8,992 nucleotides of DNA, taken from the sequence record OY723378.1; one strand, 5' to 3'. Made by a program: the position numbers and the translations under genes. Positions 1 through 7,331 of this stretch are shown piece after piece. Within the stretch, counting starts at the first letter, position 1; the number at the start of each line of letters is the position of its first letter. The notes beneath the pieces were generated by a model. The model worked only from the letters and a program-made list of their open reading frames with translations, did not search any database and had not been told where the DNA came from.

Positions 1-13
1 ATCTCGACTAGAT

Positions 14-32
14 CATGTCACGAAATGACATG
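14..32. other. Perfect 7-bp stem / 5-nt loop inverted repeat, 14 nt inside the macro-unit junction
   Basis: catgtca-cgaaa-tgacatg. Confidence 0.6.
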
Positions 33-433
33 TTTTGGGAGGTGTGCCGATACCCACTAGTAACACATATACTGTATGGTATGCAGGTATCCCCATTCCC
101 TCGATAAAGAGGCATTAAGGGATATGCACATGCCACCAGTACACTGAGGGATCCAAGGGGTGCCAAAAGGGGTCCAAAAGTGCTCATTTTAGGGGTACCC
201 GTAAATGGCATAATTGCCCCGATTTCGCGTACTCATATTCCTAAGGTCACTGTAAGGAATATGGTCTCCGGCGATGGCATTCCCATTGTGTGCATCCGAA
301 AAGGGCATAAAATGACCCATTTTAGGCACTTTTGGGCCTTTTGGGGTCGCGAATGTGCACATTAGGACCCCCGAAATGCCCCAAAGGGTCCAAAATGATG
401 CATTCGTTTTCTGCCTGACTCGGATCCGCCCTT

Positions 434-452
434 CGCGCGCGCGCGCGTGTGT
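434..452. repeat. (CG)7(TG)2T alternating purine-pyrimidine tract
   Basis: cgcgcgcgcgcgcgtgtgt read directly. Confidence 0.95.
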
Positions 453-856
453 TACTATACACTAAGGGCACACAATTTAGGGGTTCCGAGGACCTCCAGA
501 CCCCCAATCCGACACCCTCTGGGATACCCTATCTGAGGGGTACGGGCCCGAATCCCTTAGGAGCACCTTAGGGATGGCATTGGGGAGGGGTCTGGGAGCA
601 CCCAGAAAGGGTCCCAAAACGAGTGATTTAGGGTCCAAAACACCCATTTTGGGAGGTCTCGGGATACCTCAGATACCCCATTTCTGGAGGTCTTGGGGTC
701 CTCAGATCATGGCATCCGTGTCCTCAGATACCTAATACCTATGGTCTGCGAGTCCTTAGTACCTATCTGCATGGTCTGTATGCCCGTATCCTCTGTGCCA
801 TGTCCTCTGTGCATGTCCTCAGTACCTCTCTGCGAGTCCTTAGTACCTAATGCCTA

Positions 857-892
857 TACCTATCTGCATACCTATCTGCATACCTATCTGCA
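857..892. repeat. 12-bp x 3 perfect tandem repeat (tacctatctgca)
   Basis: Read directly. It produces the YLHTYLHTYLH run in ORF 693..944. Confidence 0.95.
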
Positions 893-1290
893 CAGGTCCT
901 CAGATACATCGCGAGCATCCCGGACCCCATATCTCATGATCTGATGGTCTCCGGATCCGCTCATGGTCTCCAGATCTGCACATCCCCAGACCCCTAATCC
1001 GATACCCACAGCATATGGTCTCATAGTATGTATCTAATGGTGATGGTATCCATAGTGGTCTGTATCCCTACTACACACCCCATGGTATGTAGTGCATATG
1101 GTCTGCATGCCCTCATGGTCTCCGGATCCCTGCATCCCTGGATCCCATACCCATGGCATCCCCAGACCCCCGGATCTCATGATTCCAGACCCCAAATCCA
1201 TCATTTTGAGACCTCTAAAATCATCATTTTAGACCCCAAAACCATGGATTTCAGGTCCTCAGATATGCTCTCCGGGATGCTCGTAATGGT

Positions 1291-1416
1291 CATAATGGCT
1301 CTCAGAGGATATGGGGATACTCCCCGTAGGCCTCTCGGTAGCCCAGGATGCACGGAGGGACATTCCCTGTGGAGGTGATCTCCTCAGGTATCCCGTATGC
1401 CATATCCTGTCATTAG
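1291..1416. repeat. 126-bp E element, copy 1 (inside head block)
   Basis: cataatggctctcagaggatatggggatactccccgtaggcctctcggtagcccaggatgcacggagggacattccctgtggaggtgatctcctcaggtatcccgtatgccatatcctgtcattag. Confidence 0.9.
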
Positions 1417-1435
1417 GTACCCATTCCGACCCATT

Positions 1436-2021
1436 TGGTGTCCCCAAAATCATCACTTTTGGTGACCAAAGGGGTACCCCTTTGCAACACGTTTTGGGGC
1501 CCCCTAAAATGGTCACTTTTGGGACCTCTTTAGGTACCCTTCCCGGCACCCCTTAAGGGCCATCCTTCGAGGAATGGCACCATTTAGGGGGTCTGAAAGG
1601 GGGTCAGAAAGGGTGCTAAAAGGGTACATGCATGAGTACTCACACACCATCTTTAAGGGGTTTCGGGGGTTCTGTATCCCTCGAAGGATCCCCCTTAGTA
1701 TATGGGGTGGTGTTCCCATGTGCAAAAGGGGCTAAAAGAGGTGTTTTCGACCCTTTTTGCATGCCAAAACCACCAAAATCGATGGTTTTGAGCACCCCCA
1801 AATCACTCATTTTGGGGGTTTCGGGCCCTGTCCAATACCCTCCATAATGGTCTCTTAGAGGATATGGGGTACTGCATGTAGGCCTCTCGGTAGCCCAGGA
1901 TGCACGGAGGGACATTCCCTGTGGAGGTGATCTCCTCAGGTTCCATAATGCCCTAGATGTGCTAATCCCGTGCCGATACCTACTCGCAACACATGTTTTG
2001 GTACCCCTAAAACATGTATTT
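1436..2021. other. Unit A-specific run-rich segment bounded by a 12-bp direct repeat
   Basis: cgacccatttgg occurs at 1427-1438 and 2022-2033. The interior has no collinear counterpart in unit B apart from E copy 2. Confidence 0.75.
1843..1940. repeat. E element, copy 2 (98-bp core, truncated 3' end, in the unit A-specific segment)
   Basis: cataatggtctcttagaggatatggggtactgcatgtaggcctctcggtagcccaggatgcacggagggacattccctgtggaggtgatctcctcagg, then diverges. Confidence 0.85.
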
Positions 2022-2280
2022 CGACCCATTTGGGGTCCTCATACCATGGCACCATCCTCTGTGCACATACCATGTATCTAGAGGATGTGGTCTCCATAGG
2101 TATCGTGGGCATATCCCCTACCCTATGATATAGGTACCATGCAGAGCATGTGTACTCCTTATAGCATATGTAGTGATCCCCATGGTGTCTAAGGGATCTG
2201 GTGATGTACTGGATATCACCATAATCATGTAATCTGAGTACATCAAATCATGTGTTTTCATGTCATCAAATGCATGCAAT
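2022..2280. repeat. Partial, more diverged paralog of the 3' part of block M, in unit A
   Basis: cgacccatttggggtcctcataccatggcaccatcctctgtgcacataccatgtatctagagg... aligns with 5401-5640 and 7889-8147 with scattered substitutions. Confidence 0.8.
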
Positions 2281-2406
2281 ATCATGATATCTGGTGTCTA
2301 CTGGATACCCTCTATATATCATATAGTACCCAAATACCTGCAAGGGCGGATCCTTATGATTCCCCTTGTACGGATATGCTGTAGTACTAGTGTTAGTGGG
2401 TACCAT

Positions 2407-2626
2407 AATGAGTACATATCGAGTACTTCATATCATCAGATCATGTGTTTCATGTCATCAAATGCATGCCATTACATGATATCTGGTGACTACTGGATAC
2501 TCCCTATATACCATATAGTACTCCATACACCTCTGCATGGTGTAATGGTACCCGTACTCCCCATGTACTGTATACCATAGGATACATGGTACTAATGGTG
2601 TGTATGGTGTTGTACTAGTGGTATTA
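2407..2626. repeat. S repeat (~220 bp), A-type, degenerate 5' part
   Basis: From about 2450 onward nearly identical to 2920-3095 (catgtcatcaaatgcatgc...ctatataccatatagtactccatacacctctgcatggtgtaatggtaccc...gtactagtggtatta). Confidence 0.8.
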
Positions 2627-2750
2627 GATGTGTATACCTACTCATAATGAGTACTTCATGTCATCAAAACACATGATTTCATGTCATCAAATCTATGCAA
2701 TTACATGATATTCCGTGTATCTAATGACGTGCTGGATACTCCCTAATGGC
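2627..2750. repeat. Truncated S repeat (first ~124 bp) running into E copy 3
   Basis: gatgtgtatacctactcataatgagtacttcatgtcatcaaaacacatgatttcatgtcatcaaatctatgcaattacatgat... matches 7208-7331 at offset 4581. Confidence 0.85.
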
Positions 2751-2876
2751 CATAATGGCTCCTTAGAGGTATGGGGATACTCCCCGTAGGCCTCTCGGTA
2801 GCCTGGTATGCACAGAGGGACATTCCCTGTGGAGGTGGTCTCCTCAGGTATCCCGTATGCCATATCCTGTCATTAG
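2751..2876. repeat. E element, copy 3 (between S repeats, unit A)
   Basis: Same length and ends as copy 1. Internal variants gcctggtatgcacagaggg and ggaggtggtctcc. Confidence 0.9.
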
Positions 2877-3095
2877 ATGTGTATACCTACTCATTTCATG
2901 TCATCAAATCATGTGTTTTCATGTCATCAAATGCATGCAATATCATGATATCTGGTGTCTACTGGATACTCCCTATATACCATATAGTACTCCATACACC
3001 TCTGCATGGTGTAATGGTACCCGTACTCCCCATGTACTGTATACCATAGGATACATGGTACTAATGGTGTGTATGCTGTTGTACTAGTGGTATTA
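2876..3095. repeat. S repeat, A-type, full length
   Basis: Starts gatgtgtatacctactcat. The next S head starts at 3096, giving a 220-bp period. Confidence 0.85.
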
Positions 3096-3553
3096 GATGT
3101 GTATACCTACTCATAATGAGTACTTCATGTCATCAAATGCATGCATTTACATGATGATACTGCTCATGAGTACCTACTCGTAATAGTATACATGTGGTAT
3201 CCATGGTATACATAGTACTCGTAGTGTATGCTGTTAGGCTATGGTATAGGGGTATCCCGTACCCCTCATACCATCCGTGCATACTACTAGTATCCTGTAT
3301 ATCACTAGATACTGTATATGATCATACGTGCAAACCATGTGTTCAGATGTCTCGAAACATGTGTTTTGGTGTCATGACATACACATTCTATACTACTAAT
3401 GAGTACCTGTACATGGTATGTGCTGTAAGGGATACTAGGGGATATGGTGCATACCTCTAATGGGGCATATGCTGCCATTAGGGATACCCCCAATACCTAT
3501 AGTACTCTGTATAGCTCATTACACCATGATATGCAATAGTAGTGGATTCGCTC
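3096..3553. repeat. Tail block T, copy 1
   Basis: Collinear with 8535-8992 at offset 5439. I count 9 substitutions and no indels. Confidence 0.9.
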
Positions 3554-3566
3554 ATCTCGACTAGAT

Positions 3567-3585
3567 CATGTCACGAAATGACATG
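3567..3585. other. Same junction-proximal inverted repeat, unit B copy
   Basis: catgtca-cgaaa-tgacatg at offset 3553. Confidence 0.6.
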
Positions 3586-3985
3586 TTTTGGGAGGTGTGC
3601 CGATACCCACTAGTAACACATATACTGTATGGTATGCAGGTATCCCCATTCCCTCGATAAAGAGGCATTAAGGGATATGCACATGCCACCAGTACACTGA
3701 GGGATCCAAGGGGTGCCAAAAGGGGTCCAAAAGTGCTCATTTTAGGGGTACCCGTAAATGGCATAATTGCCCCGATTTCGCGTACTCATATTCCTAAGGT
3801 CACTGTAAGGAATATGGTCTCCGGCGATGGCATTCCCATTGTGTGCATCCGAAAAGGGCATAAAATGACCCATTTTAGGCACTTTTGGGCCTTTGGGGTC
3901 GCGAATGTGCACATTAGGACCCCCGAAATGCCCCAAAGGGTCCAAAATGATGCATTCGTTTTCTGCCTGACTCGGATCCGCCCTT

Positions 3986-4004
3986 CGCGCGCGCGCGCGT
4001 GTGT
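3986..4004. repeat. (CG)7(TG)2T tract, unit B copy
   Basis: Identical tract at offset 3552. Confidence 0.95.
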
Positions 4005-4408
4005 TACTATACACTAAGGGCACACAATTTAGGGGTTCCGAGGACCTCCAGACCCCCAATCCGACACCCTCTGGGATACCCTATCTGAGGGGTACGGGCC
4101 CGAATCCCTTAGGAGCACCTTAGGGATGGCATTGGGGAGGGGTCTGGGAGCACCCAGAAAGGGTCCCAAAACGAGTGATTTAGGGTCCAAAACACCCATT
4201 TTGGGAGGTCTCGGGATACCTCAGATACCCCATTTCTGGAGGTCTTGGGGTCCTCAGATCATGGCATCCGTGTCCTCAGATACCTAATACCTATGGTCTG
4301 CGAGTCCTTAGTACCTATCTGCATGGTCTGTATGCCCGTATCCTCTGTGCCATGTCCTCTGTGCATGTCCTCAGTACCTCTCTGCGAGTCCTTAGTACCT
4401 AATGCCTA

Positions 4409-4444
4409 TACCTATCTGCATACCTATCTGCATACCTATCTGCA
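4409..4444. repeat. 12-bp x 3 perfect tandem repeat, unit B copy
   Basis: Same sequence at offset 3552. Confidence 0.95.
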
Positions 4445-4843
4445 CAGGTCCTCAGATACATCGCGAGCATCCCCGGACCCCATATCTCATGATCTGATGG
4501 TCTCCGGATCCGCTCATGGTCTCCAGATCTGCACATCCCCAGACCCCTAATCCGATACCCACAGCATATGGTCTCATAGTATGTATCTAATGGTGATGGT
4601 ATCCATAGTGGTCTGTATCCCTACTACACACACCATGGTATGTAGTGCATATGGTCTGCATGCCCTCATGGTCTCTGGATCCCTGCATCCCTGGATCCCA
4701 TACCCATGGCATCCCCAGACCCCCGGATCTCATGATTCCAGACCCCAAATCCATCATTTTGAGACCTCTAAAATCATCATTTTAGACCCCAAAACCATGG
4801 ATTTCAGGTCCTCAGATATGCTCTCCGGGATGCTCGTAATGGT

Positions 4844-4969
4844 CATAATGGCTCTCAGAGGATATGGGGATACTCCCCGTAGGCCTCTCGGTAGCCCAGG
4901 ATGCACGGAGGGACATTCCCTGTGGAGGTGATCTCCTCAGGTATCCCGTATGCCATATCCTGTCATTAG
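4844..4969. repeat. E element, copy 4 (head block of unit B)
   Basis: Equals copy 1 shifted by 3553. Confidence 0.9.
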
Positions 4970-4988
4970 GTACCCATTCCGACCCATT

Positions 4989-5640
4989 CCATGTCATCAA
5001 AACACATGATTTCATGTCATCAAATGCATGCCAATACCATGATATCTGGTGTTACAGGGACTCCTCTAGATACCCATAGTACTCCATATACTCCCGTAAT
5101 GGTGTAATGGTACCCGTAGCCCCCATGTCCTATATACCATAGGATACATGGTCTGCTGGTATGTATCTAGTAGTACTCGTTGCCTGTACCCCTCCGAAAG
5201 GGTCTAAATACACCATTTTAGGGGTCCAAAACACCCATTTTAGGGTCCTAAAAGTGCTCATGGGGGTACCCCCACGAGCCCTTTTTATGACCATTTCTGG
5301 GCTTGATTTGCGGACCCCTTTTGGGGGATTGAATCACCCGTTTTGGGACCTCCAGAAAGGTGCCAAAAGTGGTCATTTTAGACACCCCAAATCATGTATT
5401 TGGACCCTTTTGGGGACCTCATACCATGGCACCATCCTCTGTGCACATACCATGTATCTAGAGGATATGGTCTCCATAGGTATCATGAGGGATACCCTAC
5501 CCTATGATATAGGTACCATGCAGAGCATGTGTACTCCTTATAGCATATGTAGTGATCCCCATGGTCTCTAAGGGATCTGGTGATGTCCTGGATACCACCA
5601 TAATCATGTAATTGAGTACATGAAATCATGTGTTTTGATG
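4989..5640. repeat. Block M (S-like leader plus run-rich segment plus catacc segment), copy 1
   Basis: Matches 7477-8128 at offset 2487-2488. ORFs 5161..5571 and 7648..7995 are identical until a 1-bp C indel (ggataccctaccc vs ggatacccctaccc). Identity decays after about 5612/8100. Confidence 0.88.
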
Positions 5641-5649
5641 TCATGATTT

Positions 5650-6888
5650 GATGCCATGATCTCATGATCTGATGGTATGATGAGTACATACCCATAGAGG
5701 GTACATGCCATACCACCATTGCAGAGGGTATAGGTATACATAGTACTCTGGTGTGGTTCTAGCAGGCACTAAGCCGTAAGACTATCGCCCCCGTGTCTGT
5801 TACGCATAGGATGACTGTACCAGTGATACCCTACACCATATCTATGACAGTGAGTATGTACTACACCTTCACGACGAGTACATCATCTCATACCACCATT
5901 GTATATCATGTACTCATTACATACATAGTATCAATGTATACATGTACTGATAGTGGTATTGCACATAGTACTAGTGATAGTATACATACTGTACATGGTA
6001 TCTGTATCCATTACATACATATGCATCCATGTACTGATAGGTATTGCATGCACTACTAGTGATAGTATACATGTACTGATGAGCACGTGATTCGTACATA
6101 CTATACGTCCTAGTAATCATCCCGCTACGGTATCACCCATATACTATACACACGTAGTACTTAGTAGTATATGTAGTACATGCTGTGATGCTATCTGTAT
6201 AGGATAGTGCTTAGTACGATGTATTAGTAGTATACTATACATGTGTATACACATCATGATAGGTATTGCATACACTGTAACAGTATCATGTACTAGTTAG
6301 TAGTAGTAGTCAATACATACAATGGTGTCATACAATGAGTGCATTGCTAGTAGTAGTATATCTGCATGCTCTATACAGTATACAGTACACATCCACTAGT
6401 AGGTAGTAGTATCATGATAAGCATTGTACTATGTACATGTACGTATGCATAACAGTGTACCACTACTACGGTGATGCTACTAATAGAGTATCGCTACACA
6501 GTATACTGTAGATGATAGGTATCACGAGTAGCTCATCTATACGTATAGGATGTCCATTACTTGTATAGTATGCAGTAGAGTATCAGTACCATCGTCTACT
6601 CCAGTGATGTAGTGCTTATGGGATGATGTAGTGCTTATGGGATGATGTAGTGCTTATGGGATGATGTAGTGCTTATGGGATGATGTAGTGCTTATGGGAT
6701 GATGTAGTGCTTATGGGATGATGTAGTGCTTATGGGATGATGTAGTGCTTATGGGATGATGTAGTGCTTATGGGATGATGTAGTGCTTATGGGATGATGT
6801 AGTGCTTATGGGATGATGTAGTGCTTATGGGATGATGTAGTGCTTATGGGATGATGTAGTGCTTATGGGATGATGTAGTGGTCATGTT
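5650..6888. other. Unit B-specific segment with no counterpart in unit A. AT-rich, purine-pyrimidine-alternating, free of AAA and TTT. Contains the minisatellite.
   Basis: By my base-by-base reading, no AAA or TTT lies between the TTT at 5647-5649 and the AAA at 6889-6891. There are many alternating tracts, e.g. tatacatgtgtatacacat at 6236-6254. Confidence 0.8.
6605..6880. repeat. Perfect 19-bp minisatellite, 14 full units plus a 10-bp partial unit
   Basis: The unit tgatgtagtgcttatggga repeats without any mismatch from 6605 to 6870 (266 bp = 14 x 19), then tgatgtagtg at 6871-6880. Confidence 0.97.
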
Positions 6889-6906
6889 AAAGGTCACGTT
6901 ATCGTA

Positions 6907-6987
6907 TACTAGTGCATAGTCTCTCCCTTGGTCCCTCACTCCCTGTATGGCAGTGTATAGACCATGTAGAGATACTATGCACTAATA
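6907..6987. other. Imperfect 19-bp inverted repeat (17/19 pairs) with a 43-nt spacer, just downstream of the minisatellite
   Basis: The left arm tactagtgcatagtctctc (6907-6925) pairs with the right arm gagatactatgcactaata (6969-6987). Mismatches are at 6909/6985 and 6921/6973. Confidence 0.6.
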
Positions 6988-6988
6988 C

Positions 6989-7207
6989 GATGTGTATACC
7001 TATCCATTAAGTACATCATTAGATACATCAAACCATGTGTTTCATGTCATTAGATGTATCAATACATGATACTACTAGTACTCTCTAGATACTCATAGTA
7101 CTCCATACACCTCTGCAATGGTGGTATGGTACCCGTACTCCCCATGTACTGTATACCATAGGATACATGGTACTAATGGTGTGTATGCTGTTGTACTAGT
7201 GGTATTA
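6989..7207. repeat. S repeat, B-type
   Basis: Starts gatgtgtatacctatccat. Carries ctagatactcatagtactccatacacctctgcaatggtggtatggtaccc, shared with 8314-8534 but not with the A-type copies. The next S head is at 7208. Confidence 0.8.
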
Positions 7208-7331
7208 GATGTGTATACCTACTCATAATGAGTACTTCATGTCATCAAAACACATGATTTCATGTCATCAAATCTATGCAATTACATGATATTCCGTGTA
7301 TCTAATGATGTGCTGGATACTCCCTAATGGC
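7208..7331. repeat. Truncated S repeat running into E copy 5
   Basis: Paralog of 2627-2750. Confidence 0.85.

Larger units (their letters stand above)
1..1435. repeat. Head block H, copy 1
   Basis: Collinear with 3554-4988. Differences seen: T4 vs T3 near 343-346, CCC vs CCCC near 919-921, c>a at 1079, c>t at 1123. Paired ORF translations (8..211 vs 3561..3764, 1028..1378 vs 4581..4931) confirm near identity. Confidence 0.92.
1..3553. repeat. Macro-repeat unit A (3,553 bp), first of two head-to-tail units
   Basis: Bases 1-1435 match 3554-4988 and 3096-3553 match 8535-8992. The unit ends ...agtagtggattcgctc and the next begins atctcgactagatcatg, the same junction as window end to window start. 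Confidence 0.9.
3554..4988. repeat. Head block H, copy 2
   Basis: See copy 1. Homology ends after ccattccgacccatt (A 1435 / B 4988), then tggtgtcccc in A versus ccatgtcatc in B. Confidence 0.92.

Noticed and set aside
160-660. Telomere-like motifs (TTTAGGG/CCCTAAA and CCCCAAAA/TTTTGGGG)
   Set aside because: They occur only as isolated single units inside the phased A/T-tract pattern, also near 1445, 1495, 1502, 2005, 5217 and 5239. They are never tandem, so they give no evidence of a telomere or an interstitial telomeric array.
1321-1345. ccgtaggcc / cggtagccc in the E element resembling 5S rRNA helix I or spliced-leader-like sequence, and ccgtagcc at 5114-5121 and 7601-7608
   Set aside because: These are only 8-9 nt matches. 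The rest of E does not follow 5S or spliced-leader architecture as far as I can judge by eye. A covariance-model scan would be needed to revisit this.
1028-1378. 116-aa ORF duplicated at 4581..4931 with one amino-acid difference
   Set aside because: The conservation only reflects the ~99.7% nucleotide identity of the whole head block. Antisense ORF 1259..1549 and same-strand ORF 1311..1556 overlap it. The composition is low-complexity and I see no recognisable family.
1640-2029. 129-aa minus-strand ORF
   Set aside because: It spans E copy 2 and run-rich repeat DNA. Its E-derived peptide (RRSPPQGMSLRASWATERPT) also appears in other frames and contexts (1259..1549, 4812..5015) without a conserved start or end.
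5161-5571. Longest ORF (136 aa, + strand) as a possible gene
   Set aside because: I recognise no domain or motif in it. It lies in the A/T-tract-phased repeat. Its paralog at 7648..7995 is truncated by a 1-bp indel, so the frame is not conserved.
6076-6083. CTGATGAG, the hammerhead ribozyme core box
   Set aside because: There is no matching GAAA box or three-stem arrangement around it (downstream is cacgtgattcgtac). A single 8-mer is expected by chance in this motif-rich DNA.
6605-6880. Regular short repeats as a CRISPR array
   Set aside because: The 19-bp units are directly adjacent with no spacers. There are no cas genes or leader. This is a minisatellite.
5641-6988. Unit B-specific DNA as an inserted transposon or IS
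   Set aside because: It has no transposase-sized ORF, no terminal inverted repeats at the boundaries and no target-site duplication. The left boundary grades into a decayed S repeat rather than ending sharply.
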